A stretch of DNA of 62,934 nucleotides, filler included, from a bacterium (GTDB lineage Bacteria > JALSQH01), in the NCBI GenBank assembly GCA_027004335.1. It is 12 parts of 12 records of this genome, joined end to end, with 100 filler letters (N's around TTAATTAATTAA, not from the genome) between each part and the next. Parts side by side here need not be neighbours in the genome. Positions count along the whole stretch, not along the records: positions 50,221 to 55,724 come from JALTID010000008.1; positions 55,825 to 57,570 come from JALTID010000009.1; positions 57,671 to 59,414 come from JALTID010000011.1; positions 59,515 to 61,223 come from JALTID010000018.1; positions 61,324 to 62,934 come from JALTID010000031.1; 7 more parts are not named here. The stretch is one strand, 5' to 3'. Position numbers and translations under genes: made by a program. Position 1 is the first letter of the stretch. Each line of letters starts with the position of its first letter. Under the pieces are notes generated by a model, which searched no databases, had not been told where the DNA came from, and was given only the letters and a program-made list of their open reading frames with translations. Below are positions 53,369-62,934 of the stretch, in pieces.

Positions 53369-54126
53369 AGGTTTTACTTACAGTAGCAGGTTTCGATCCT
53401 ACTGGAGGAGCAGGTGTAACTGCTGATAGCCGTATTCTGGGTAAAAAAGGATTTCTTTCTGCATCAGTTGTCACTTCAATTATTTCTCAAACCACAACAG
53501 AAGTGGAGAAGATCTCTATCCTGCCCAAGGAGGTGGTAAGGGCTCAATTCACAGCGCTTTCTGAGGAATTTCAGGTAGATGGAATTAAAACAGGCGTACT
53601 TGCCAACAAAGATATTGCAATGATTGTATGGGGAGAATTGAGGAAGGTAGAAGTTCCCATTGTGGTGGATCCTGTGCTTCGTGCCTCTTCGGGGGTTTCA
53701 CTGTTTGAGGGTGATTACAGGACCGTTTATTTTGACTTTATTCTCTCCCTCGCAACCCTTGTTACTCCTAATATCCCTGAAGCTGAAGAATTGACTGGGA
53801 TAAGTATTGAGAACGAAGATGATATGGCAAAAGCTGCAGAGAGGATCATGGAAAGCGGAGTAAAAGCTGTCTTGATTAAGGGCGGACATTTTGAGGAGAA
53901 AAAAATTGATTTTTACATGGATTCCCAAAAGAGCGAGTATCTTGAGATCAAAGAACCTGATTCATTTTCGATCCACGGAACAGGCTGTGTTCTGGCAGCT
54001 CTTGTTCTTTCACATCTTGTTGAGGGAGGTGATGTATACAGAGCGGTGATTTCGGGAAGGGAGGAGTTTCTGAATTTAAGGAGAAGAGTTTTAAGGCCTG
54101 GAAGAGGTGATTTTATAATTCCTTGA
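53365..54126 (+). CDS. thiD: Hydroxymethylpyrimidine/phosphomethylpyrimidine kinase
   Basis: LTVAGFDPTGGAG, VVDPV, TPNIPEAE, KGGH, HGTGC. Confidence 0.92.
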   Translation: MKVLLTVAGFDPTGGAGVTADSRILGKKGFLSASVVTSIISQTTTEVEKISILPKEVVRAQFTALSEEFQVDGIKTGVLANKDIAMIVWGELRKVEVPIVVDPVLRASSGVSLFEGDYRTVYFDFILSLATLVTPNIPEAEELTGISIENEDDMAKAAERIMESGVKAVLIKGGHFEEKKIDFYMDSQKSEYLEIKEPDSFSIHGTGCVLAALVLSHLVEGGDVYRAVISGREEFLNLRRRVLRPGRGDFIIP

Positions 54127-54173
54127 CTTTTTTTGCCTGTTTGTGCTAAATTACAAGACAAAGGAGGTGTAGT

Positions 54174-55724
54174 ATGAGAAAATTTCTGGCAATTTTCGTT
54201 GTTTTTTTGTGGCTTTTGGCTGGTGCCGGATGTAAAGAAAAAGAGGAAAAGACTCCGAGTGTAGTAGATTATTATTCTTCACATGTAGGTAAAGTTTTAA
54301 AAACCTATGGCAATGGTATCCTTGCTCAGATGGATACTTCTTATGGGTCCCTCTATGTACTTAGAGTAAAGGGAACTCATTATCAGATGGGCTATCAATA
54401 TGGTTATCTTGCAGGAGATAAAATAGCTGGCATCTGGTGGAGCTTTGTAAATTATCTGGCTGGTGAACTTGATTTTCCTGTGGAAGAATTAGATCCATTA
54501 TTTGGTCAGATACTTGACGGTGTCTGGGCGCAGTTAGCTTCGTATGTTCCTAAGGAATTCATGGATGAGATTAGAGGAATCCAGGATGGTGCAGATGCTG
54601 CAGGTTTTAAAAATGAATTTACTATTAATGGAAACAAATACAGCAGTGATGTTTCTCTTTCTACCCTTGTTAAAAGGATTCTTGCTATAGGAAATATGTC
54701 TGATCTTAATGAATCAGATGACCCTTTAGGGGATCTCCAATTAGTCATTTCCACAGGATTCACTAGTAAAGCTATGGATTATTATGGGATCACTCCCCCT
54801 TCGTCTCCTCCTTTTCAATTTTCTCAGGAGATGAAAGAGGTTATGAAGCAGCTTCAGGAAAAGCATATAAACTTTAAAGACCTTTTTGCTCACTGTAGTT
54901 TCTTTGCTGCGTGGGGAAAGAGAACTATAAATGGTCATATGATAGCAACAAGAAATCTTGATTGGGATGAAAATACAGGAATTGCTGATTTTAAGGTGCT
55001 TACAGTATGGATGCCTGCAGGGGAAATACCTCATGTTACAGTTGGGTATATAGGATTCATAGGAGCACTTGCCGGAATTAGTCAGGCTGGTTTGAGTGCT
55101 AGCGAAGTAGGATCAAGTAGTGTGATGGCAAGACTTAAGGGGGAACCGTGGACTTTAAAGTTCAGGGAGATTCTTGGAAAGGCCCAGGATCTTGATGATG
55201 CTTTGAAATATGTAACTAACCAGGTTGATGATGGATTTAATAGACCTCCTACCATTGGTTATAACTGGCTTATCACTTATGGTGATCCTCTCCACAATGG
55301 GAAGAACGCTGAGGCTATGAATGTGGAAACCAACGGTATTTTTGTCGGAGTTTATAGAAGAAAACCTGATTGTAGCGTTGATGCAAAATTGTATGAGTTT
55401 GATAAGGATGGCCGTATGGTAAAGGTAATTACTCATGAGCAAGATCCGTGGCTCGTAAATTACGAAAAGGACGCAGTTGAGATAATGTTAAAGAATAAAA
55501 ACAATTCATCTAAGTATCCTCCATATCCCTACAGCTTAACAACAACTCCAGTTAGGGATATAATAGCTCTTCCAAAGCCCGTAGCTTATGAAAACGGTGA
55601 ATATAAATTCTCGCCCAATGGATTATCTGAGAGACATGTAGGTGAGGAGCTTTCCTGCGCTGTTTATAGAGGTGATGAGATGATGATGCATGCCCTGAGG
55701 ATGTGGCAGAGTGCATGTCATGGG
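54174..55724 (+). CDS. Lipoprotein, C45/Ntn-hydrolase family autoproteolytic acyltransferase/hydrolase (3' truncated)
   Basis: Lipobox GAGC, GTHYQMGYQYG, EIRGI, HCSFFAAWG...RNLDW. Confidence 0.82.
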
Positions 55725-55824
55725 NNNNNNNNNNNNNNNNNNNNNNNNNNNNNNNNNNNNNNNNNNNNTTAATTAATTAANNNNNNNNNNNNNNNNNNNN
55801 NNNNNNNNNNNNNNNNNNNNNNNN

Positions 55825-56214
55825 ATAAAAATTAATTTAACTTCTTCAGTAAAGTATTATCTTGGAGTTTGTAATTACAAATTAAAAAATTATAAAAAGG
55901 CTCTAAAATGGTTTGAAAACATTGAAGAGGAGACTCCTTATCTTTCAAAAGCACAGAATTTCATTCCCCAGATCAAGTTTGACTATGGCAAGTTTCTCTT
56001 GAATAAAGAAAAATGTGGAGAAGCTCTCAGCTACTTGAAGCAAATAAGAGAAGAGTTTAACACACCTGACTATCTCTATGCTCTTGCATCAGCGTATTAT
56101 TGTAATAAAAAATATGATAAAGCTTATCAGATAGCGTGGGAATTGTATAATAAGTACAAAAAAGTTGATTATTATCGTCTCCTGATTAAAATTAAAAGTG
56201 AGTTACACCAATAG
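55825..56214 (+). CDS. TPR protein, C-terminal part
   Basis: Frame is open from the contig edge: YYLGVCNYKLKNYKKALKWF and YALASAYYCNKKYDKA. Confidence 0.75.
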   Translation: MKINLTSSVKYYLGVCNYKLKNYKKALKWFENIEEETPYLSKAQNFIPQIKFDYGKFLLNKEKCGEALSYLKQIREEFNTPDYLYALASAYYCNKKYDKAYQIAWELYNKYKKVDYYRLLIKIKSELHQ

Positions 56215-57555
56215 ATGCTAAAACTTCTTCTAATTTATCTTATAACATTTTCAACCCCTGTGAGTGGTGAAGTTCCTGTGACAATTCCTTTTTTTTCAAT
56301 TGAAAGGTATTTAATATTAAAAGGTTACTATAATCCAGGTAGAAATTTTATAGCTGGAGTTGATCCTAATGTGTGGGAATTTGAATATGAGAATATGGAT
56401 TCTTTGCTGAATTATATTGGTATTGGTCAGGATAAAAAAATTTATCTACTTTTTCCATGGATTCAACTTGATGCGGGAGGTTCAGAATATATTTCCCCTG
56501 TTTTTTCTCCTGATAGAGCGGTGGTCAGTGCTGGAGAGAATTCAGCTTTTTTGAGTTTTCGCTGCAACAGTGTAAAAAACAAAGGTGCTGAGATACTTTT
56601 AAAAAGTAGTCCTGCTGGTAACGGTGGTTTTTTTTCGTTTCGATCCGGGTTGAACAATTACTTTTTATGGGGTTTTGATTCTGGAGATCTTCTATGGCAG
56701 AATTTCTCATTTAAAAGGACTATTATTTCATCTTCGGAGAAGGAGTTGCTTGCAGTTTTCTGGCACGAAGAATTAGATTCTCCTGATATAAAAAAAATCA
56801 GGAAAAATGGTGGAAAAATAGATCTTAAATTAAATTGTTGCTTAAAAAACAGCTTACATTTTTTTACCTGGAGTAATTCTTATTCAGGGGCTTTCACTTC
56901 GGGGTCAAAAAAATCATTTGGAGTGGGTGTTGAAAATATTCTTTCAGGGGGAAATGGCTTTCTCAGGGCATTCGCTTTTTACAGACGCTACTATTATGAC
57001 GGAAGTTTTTCATGGAATTTTAACAGTGGATTAAGACTTACATCTAAGGTTATAAAAAGAATTTTAAATCTGGACCTTTCTATCTTCCACTATTCAAGAA
57101 GTAATATTTTCTCCATCATGCAAACAGAAAGGATAGTTATCGGTAGAGGAATGTTGAAAGGTGAAAAATATGGTTTTTACATTAAGGATCTGTTCTCATT
57201 TTCTTATGTGTACTCCCCGGAAAGGTTAAACCGCTTTTATGATTATGTCTCAATCGGTTATGAGAGTAGCAGTGTTGGAATCTCTCTTTTCTGGAACAGC
57301 TTAAAGGAGGGTTTTGATGGTTTGAAAATAATAGAAGGAAAACATCTATTTTCTCAAGATGGCTTGTTGCTATCATTTTCCTCCCGAACTTTTTCTGTTG
57401 AAACTTATCTATTTTTGGAGTCAGGATTTCACATGCGTTACTTTGCTTTTGTTCTGGGAAAAAATTTTGGAGAAAACTCTGTTGAGTTTTTATTCAAAAA
57501 ACAATCAGAGAATAAATATCCATTTATAGAAATAACATTTTCTGGTAAGTTTTAA
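56215..57555 (+). CDS. Hypothetical outer-membrane beta-barrel protein
   Basis: Signal peptide, many aromatic amphipathic strands, C-terminal IEITFSGKF (BAM-type terminal Phe). Confidence 0.55.
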   Translation: MLKLLLIYLITFSTPVSGEVPVTIPFFSIERYLILKGYYNPGRNFIAGVDPNVWEFEYENMDSLLNYIGIGQDKKIYLLFPWIQLDAGGSEYISPVFSPDRAVVSAGENSAFLSFRCNSVKNKGAEILLKSSPAGNGGFFSFRSGLNNYFLWGFDSGDLLWQNFSFKRTIISSSEKELLAVFWHEELDSPDIKKIRKNGGKIDLKLNCCLKNSLHFFTWSNSYSGAFTSGSKKSFGVGVENILSGGNGFLRAFAFYRRYYYDGSFSWNFNSGLRLTSKVIKRILNLDLSIFHYSRSNIFSIMQTERIVIGRGMLKGEKYGFYIKDLFSFSYVYSPERLNRFYDYVSIGYESSSVGISLFWNSLKEGFDGLKIIEGKHLFSQDGLLLSFSSRTFSVETYLFLESGFHMRYFAFVLGKNFGENSVEFLFKKQSENKYPFIEITFSGKF

Positions 57556-57670
57556 AAGTCATGGTAATAGNNNNNNNNNNNNNNNNNNNNNNNNNNNNNN
57601 NNNNNNNNNNNNNNTTAATTAATTAANNNNNNNNNNNNNNNNNNNNNNNNNNNNNNNNNNNNNNNNNNNN

Positions 57671-57792
57671 CTCCTGAGTGAGACTTCCCATTTGGGCACA
57701 AGATAAGCATTCAAGATTATTTCTCTGGCAGAGGTGATTTCAATCAGGTTATTTACAATGCTATCAGTATATTGAAATCTGGGTTCAAACAT
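57671..57792 (-). CDS. Fic family protein, N-terminus only (runs off contig)
   Basis: Manual translation MFEPRFQYTDSIVNNLIEITSAREIILNAYLVPKWEVSLR resembles the segment preceding the STxIEGN helix in Fic proteins; the catalytic motif is not in the window. Confidence 0.55.
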
Positions 57793-58040
57793 TTTTACTT
57801 TCTGTTGCCAAATGATTAGTCTTTATTATGCTGTTTGGGGATTTTTCCATTTTCATAAACCTCCTCTCCTCTTATTCTATTCTCAGAGATAGAGGTTTTC
57901 AAGGAACCGCTCTCCCTCAAAAATAATCTTACCTACTGATTATTCTGTTATGCAAATCCCCAGACCGACCTTACTATCATTTAAAACCCCTCCGGTTCAG
58001 GTATCCCAAGATCCCTGCATATCTTTTTGCAGTTGTTGGA

Positions 58041-59327
58041 TTATAGTTTTCTCTCCACCACCCACCTGTATGCCGGCAAAAACAGAATCCTTTTCCCCTT
58101 CACTTCCTGAACATCTTCCACATTCTCAGTTAAAATCAAGCCTTTTTTTAGATTGAATTTTTCAAGACATGATAGTAGCGAAGATATTTCTCTTTTCAAG
58201 GTCTCTTGATCACTTACATCATAACATACCTGAATGCACTCCTTCACCTCTGAACCCTCTTTAACTATAAAATCCACCTCTTTATTATTCTTGTCCTTGT
58301 AGTAGAAAATTTCCTTCTTCTGTCTTCTTAGTTCTGTAAAAACAAGGTTTTCGTACAATTTACCTATATCCCTTGATGCTCCTATGGAAAGGGAAGTTAT
58401 GAAGCCATTATCGATAGAGTAGATTTTTTTAACCTTTGTTTGCATTTCTTTCAGGGAAAAAGAAAATCTGGGCAGTTCAAAGAAGAGGTAAGTTGAAGAA
58501 AGATAACCAATATAATTTTTAACAGTATGAATACTCCCTAGAGAGTAAATATTTTTTATCCTGTTGTAAGAAAATTCATTGGCTGAATTTATTAGAAGAA
58601 AATGGGCAATTTCCTTTATAGTTTTTACTTCTCTAATATTGTACCTTAAAACTACATCTTTTGTGATTACATCTGAGAACAATGTTCGTAATATTTCAGG
58701 TTCTTTGTATTTGACAGCTTCAGGGAAACCACCAATCTGCAGGAAGTCGTCAAAGAGCTTCCTCACCTTCACTTTCACATCACTCTTGTACAGCTCCTTT
58801 TTATCAATTATTCTAACATGATGAAAATTAAGAAATTCTCTGAAGGAGAAGGGAAAAATTTCAATTTCCATATACCTCCCTGTAAGATGGGTAGAGAGCT
58901 CAGAAGAGAGAAGCTTTGCATTGGAACCTGTGATAAAAATTTTATATCCCTCATTATACAACCTTGAGATAAACCTTTCCCAGCCTTCCAAGTTCTGGAT
59001 CTCATCTAAAAAAATAACCCCTTTCCTTCCAAAAAGATATTTGAAAGTATCCATTACAGTTTGCATATCTTCTACAGTAAGGGAGAATAATCTTTCATCA
59101 TCCAGATTCAAATAAAAAACTTCATCAAGACCATAAAATTTGTTTATTATCTGGGAAAGAAAAACAGATTTCCCTGCCCTTCTTGGTCCCGTAATTACTG
59201 TTATGTGTTTTAACCTGAGCAAAGGAGAAACTTTTTTGATAGCTTCCCTTTCAACATACTCGGGAGATGGTTTAATCAATGCCTGTTGATCTAAAATAAT
59301 CTCTCTTAATAAATCCTCTCTGATCAT
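58041..59327 (-). CDS. AAA_14 ATPase with C-terminal DUF4143 domain (paralog of 37042-38313)
   Basis: GPRRAGKS, LDEIQ, ITGSNA, GGFPE, KKIYSIDNG, YENLV, EVDF. Confidence 0.92.
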   Translation of the reverse strand: MIREDLLREIILDQQALIKPSPEYVEREAIKKVSPLLRLKHITVITGPRRAGKSVFLSQIINKFYGLDEVFYLNLDDERLFSLTVEDMQTVMDTFKYLFGRKGVIFLDEIQNLEGWERFISRLYNEGYKIFITGSNAKLLSSELSTHLTGRYMEIEIFPFSFREFLNFHHVRIIDKKELYKSDVKVKVRKLFDDFLQIGGFPEAVKYKEPEILRTLFSDVITKDVVLRYNIREVKTIKEIAHFLLINSANEFSYNRIKNIYSLGSIHTVKNYIGYLSSTYLFFELPRFSFSLKEMQTKVKKIYSIDNGFITSLSIGASRDIGKLYENLVFTELRRQKKEIFYYKDKNNKEVDFIVKEGSEVKECIQVCYDVSDQETLKREISSLLSCLEKFNLKKGLILTENVEDVQEVKGKRILFLPAYRWVVERKL

Positions 59328-59360
59328 GTTAACATTCCTTTAATTTTTTAAATTTTAGCA

Positions 59361-59414
59361 TTTTGTGCAGTATAGTGCAAATTTTTCTGGAAAAATGTGC
59401 AGTAGGATGAATAT
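59361..59414. repeat. 32-bp-period repeat over the second AAA ATPase promoter
   Basis: GTGCAGTA at 59365 and 59397, with ATTTTTCTGGAAAAAT (59381-59396) between them; overlaps the minus-strand TTGCAC-N17-TAAAAT promoter. Confidence 0.7.
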
Positions 59415-59514
59415 NNNNNNNNNNNNNNNNNNNNNNNNNNNNNNNNNNNNNNNNNNNNTTAATTAATTAANNNNNNNNNNNNNNNNNNNNNNNNNNNNNN
59501 NNNNNNNNNNNNNN

Positions 59515-60509
59515 TCCTGACGGATCAGAATCTCTTTTTATTCTCTGGAGACCTTATCCTGTATAAAAAATTAAAAAGGATACATCCGTTAAAAATTGCA
59601 ATGGGAAAGTTTTCATCTCTTATCTACGGAAGGGATGGATTGTTCTTTTTCAAAAAAAATAAAATTAATCTCTTAATAAGAACAGTCGGGATAAGAGATA
59701 TCTGCTTTGATAAGCAGAATCAGAAGTTTATCATTGCCGGTAACATAAAAAGTCTCTCTAATAAAAACCTTTTTTCTGTTACCAATGCCAGCAGGATAAT
59801 CTGCAGAGACACACCTTATTTACTATTTAAAAATAAAATCATGGACCTCCAGGGTCATCAGATATTGGACAATCTGGATAACCCGGTGGACTATGTTGAG
59901 ACAGAAAATGGATACTACTTATTATTAAAAAACAAACTCATAATAAAGGGTAATAAAAGATCACACAAAAAATCACTCCTTCAATGTTCATACATTCCCC
60001 CTTTTGAATCCATCTGGAAGATTGTAGAAAAAACCTTTGAACAGAGTGACTCAGCAGGTAGAAAATGGCTCAAGAGATCAAGAGAAAGGGGGTATATTCC
60101 AAAAATTTCTCTATCTGCCAGGATATCTTCAAACAGAGGCTACTACATCACAAAAAGTGACACAATCTCTGTAAGCAGTTACTCTGAAGCAGTGGTAATT
60201 GGACCTCCATCAACAACTGATCATAGAGATTCAGGTCTTGACTTTGATGCAGGAATCTCATTAAGCTGGGACTTACAGAAACTACTTTTCAGCACAGATG
60301 AATTATCCATTGTAGATAGAATAATTGATATCAATGAAGAAAAAAGATACATTTTTGAAAAGGTAAATTCATCATATATCAGATTACTAAGACTCAAAAA
60401 TAAATGTTGCAATGAAGGTGACAATGACGCATGTTATGAGATGAGGAAAGAGATCAACCTTCTTAAATTTTTTACAAATTTTAATGAGGAACTATGGAGA
60501 AAAAATTAA
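59515..60509 (+). CDS. Hypothetical protein: beta-rich N-part plus a single TolC/OEP-like repeat (5' truncated)
   Basis: Frame is open to the contig edge; YIPKISLSAR...DAGISLSWDL hairpin flanked by long helices. Confidence 0.5.
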
Positions 60510-61223
60510 TTCCTCTTATGCTCTTACTCTCTCTATTAGGTTGCTCCCTTCCAAAAGGAGATAAAAATGTAACTGTAAAAGACCATCTACCTCTAAAGAT
60601 CAAATCAATATTTCCTCCACCGGGAAGTATAGGAATTGCGATTGATACAGAATTCAAAATCCTTTTTGACAGGGAGCCAGGAGAATTAAGAGCAATCGTA
60701 ACCTCCAGTAATTACTCTTTTACTACTATTGTAGTTCCTCATGATGAAATGATCACACTAAATCCAGGACTCCTTCCAGAAAACAGTAACTTAATTATCA
60801 GCATATACCCATATCCAAAAACCGTAAGATGTAATTTGAATGGAGAATGTATTTCTGACAGTTTTTCTTTTTCATACCAGACAGGAACTTCCAGAACAAC
60901 AGATAAATTTCAAGTAGTTGAAATATCACCATGCCAGAAATGTTTCTATGCCCCAGATTTAATAAAAATCAGATTCAATAAACCCTTAAGCATCAGTTCC
61001 TTAAAAAAATTTTTAAAACATGGGGAAAAAGTCTCGACTCCTGAGAATACGCTGATTTTTTACTCCATTCCCGTCACCATCCCGGCAGGGATAGAGGATA
61101 TCTATGGAGAAAAACTGGAAGAGGAGAGTGTCATAAAAAGGGCTTTCTCATGTTTCTACATAAAAGAAATATGTACAAATCCACTCAATGACTGGAGTGA
61201 TAGCAGAGGAGGAGATCATATCC
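60494..61223 (+). CDS. Lipoprotein with Big_5-type Ig-like domains and start of a lamin-tail-like domain (3' truncated)
   Basis: Lipobox LLGC; IKSIFPPPG...ILFD, FSFSYQT, VVEISP...IRFNKP, GIEDIYGE; IKEICTNPLNDW. Confidence 0.6.
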
Positions 61224-61323
61224 NNNNNNNNNNNNNNNNNNNNNNNNNNNNNNNNNNNNNNNNNNNNTTAATTAATTAANNNNNNNNNNNNNNNNNNNNN
61301 NNNNNNNNNNNNNNNNNNNNNNN

Positions 61324-61768
61324 CGGCCATACTTATCAGCCATATATAGGGGAAAAGCATACGGGTAAGGAGAATGGCAAGAGAATAGGTTTCAACATCT
61401 TTTCTAAACCCGTAGGCAAAAATATCAACAACAATGTTGGGAAAAAATTCCACAAAAATTATGAGTAGAAAAATTACAATGGAAAAAGCAATAAGTGTAC
61501 TTGATATAAAATCCTCAAGATCTTTCTTATCTCCTTTTGCCTTATAGGAGGAGAGAACAGGTATGAAGGCAACATTTAATCCACCTTCACCGAAGAGTTG
61601 CCTCAATGTGTAGGGGATTCTGAACGCCACAAAAAAGGCATCTGTGGCTACACCTGCACCAAAAACCCCTGCAATGACCATCTCTCTGATAAGACCTGTG
61701 ATTCTGCTTACAAGTACAGAAATTCCAACAACGCCTGCGTTTTTTGCAACTTCCCTTTTTTCACTCAA
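61324..61768 (-). CDS. murJ: Lipid II flippase MurJ (MviN), 5' part
   Basis: SRITGLIRE, DAFFVAFRIP, LFGEGGL, AFIP. Confidence 0.95.
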
Positions 61769-61778
61769 GAGATACCCC

Positions 61779-62567
61779 CTACCTCAGGAGATAAGCGATA
61801 AGAGAAAGAATAAGACAGTAAATACCAAACCATTTAAGGGATCTCGCCTCAATTACTTTTAACAAAATTTTAATGGAAAAAATCCCAACAATAAAGGCAA
61901 CAAATCCTGCAATTAAATAATAAAACAATTCATGCCCTGAAACTGACGAGACATGCCGCAATTCAAGCAAACCTGCGCCACCCACTGTGGGAACAGACAT
62001 GAGAAAGGAAAAAGTGGCTGCAACATTACCCCTCAAACCCATAAAAATACCTGAAGCGATGGTGGAGCCTGACCTTGAAACCCCCGGGATAAGAGCAAGA
62101 GCCTGAAAAGTTCCGATGACAACTGCATCCAGATAGGTGATTCCACCTATATCTTTTTTATCCCTTCTAAATCTATCACTTAAGATAAGGATAATTCCAG
62201 TAAATAACCAGCCAGGGACAAGACTTATGGTTGAATTAAAAAGAGCCTCAACTGCGTGTTGAAAAAGCAAACCAACTATGCCAGCGGGAATTATTCCCAC
62301 CAGGATTAGCCAGATCAATTTAAAATAGGGGTCATTTTTATCCCAGGTAAAAAATACTTTAAGAAGTTTCCAGATATCCTTCCAGAAGGCAACAATTACA
62401 GCAAGGAGTGTCCCTAAATGAAGAATGGCATCAAAAAGAGCACCAGGCTGAGAAAAACCTGGATAGAGACTCTGAACGAGGACTAGATGTCCCGAGCTTG
62501 ATACAGGTAAAAATTCAGTTAATCCCTGAATGACACCAAGAATTATTAAGAATCCGAGTCGCCCCAT
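61779..62567 (-). CDS. uppP: Undecaprenyl-diphosphate phosphatase
   Basis: QGLTEFLPVSSSGHL, HLGT, PGVSRSGSTI. Confidence 0.97.
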   Translation of the reverse strand: MGRLGFLIILGVIQGLTEFLPVSSSGHLVLVQSLYPGFSQPGALFDAILHLGTLLAVIVAFWKDIWKLLKVFFTWDKNDPYFKLIWLILVGIIPAGIVGLLFQHAVEALFNSTISLVPGWLFTGIILILSDRFRRDKKDIGGITYLDAVVIGTFQALALIPGVSRSGSTIASGIFMGLRGNVAATFSFLMSVPTVGGAGLLELRHVSSVSGHELFYYLIAGFVAFIVGIFSIKILLKVIEARSLKWFGIYCLILSLIAYLLR

Positions 62568-62934
62568 AAATACCTGCTCACTTTCTTCTTCTGATCCAGC
62601 AAAAGCTCCACCTGCTCTCTGACTGAATCTGCATCAATACCATAACCGGGCATGCTTGTAACGAGATAAATCATATCATCATAAAAAGCGAGGGAACAGT
62701 TGTAAATATCCAGATTCAACTCTAAAAGTTTCTCAAGTAGATCAATGTAATCATCCTTGTTCTCCATCTTCTGATCACTGACCTCACCTACAGGAGTGGC
62801 GAGAAATATTGTTGGTTCATTTACAAACTCAGGAGCTTCATCTGCAATAATATGAATCCCCTCACTCCCCTTCTGAAAATACCAGCTGCTTCTGTCAATA
62901 TCCTCAACATCCGTTGCTTCTTCTGGATCAACTC
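62546..62934 (-). CDS. YbjN/CesT-like chaperone-fold protein (5' end beyond window)
   Basis: Frame is open to the window end: WYFQKGSEGIHI...FLATPV...LLEKLLELN...GIDADSV. Confidence 0.55.
   Translation of the reverse strand, partial: VDPEEATDVEDIDRSSWYFQKGSEGIHIIADEAPEFVNEPTIFLATPVGEVSDQKMENKDDYIDLLEKLLELNLDIYNCSLAFYDDMIYLVTSMPGYGIDADSVREQVELLLDQKKKVSRYLWGDSDS

Overview
This window is not one locus. It is 12 short contigs of a fragmented bacterial draft or MAG, joined by artificial 100-nt N...TTAATTAATTAA...N linkers, so gene adjacency only means something within a contig: 1-5657, 5758-11409, 11510-17133, 17234-33156, 33257-38853, 38954-44512, 44613-50120, 50221-55724, 55825-57570, 57671-59414, 59515-61223, 61324-end. 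The organism is an AT-rich diderm (kdsB, lipoproteins, outer-membrane barrels) with Deltaproteobacteria-like traits (recA-pilT-alaS order, PilZ, roadblock protein). Most content is housekeeping: tRNA-Lys/Glu, ligA, scpB-rluB, recA, alaS, mfd, nadA, rplM-rpsI-argC-kdsB-pyrG, pyk, metK-ahcY, mraZ, thiD, uppP-murJ. The main candidates for novelty are: (1) an expanded family of ~600-aa lipoproteins I cannot assign, with three paralogs plus a 39-aa truncated copy, sharing a D[IL][SG]GExxxxE motif, an EF-hand-like acidic loop and a YxxFxxPTFxG motif; (2) a beta-rich protein ending in a single TolC-like repeat, coupled to an Ig/lamin-tail-like lipoprotein; (3) a shared 32-bp-period repeat over the promoters of two AAA_14/DUF4143 ATPases, with an orphan copy elsewhere; (4) two GTAG-type REP hairpins inserted in frame inside a PD-(D/E)XK nuclease gene; (5) two apparent pseudo-enzymes (M23/MepM-like and GH113-like); (6) many genes that look leaderless, and many promoters with 16-bp spacers. 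All family assignments come from motif recognition by eye, not database searches.
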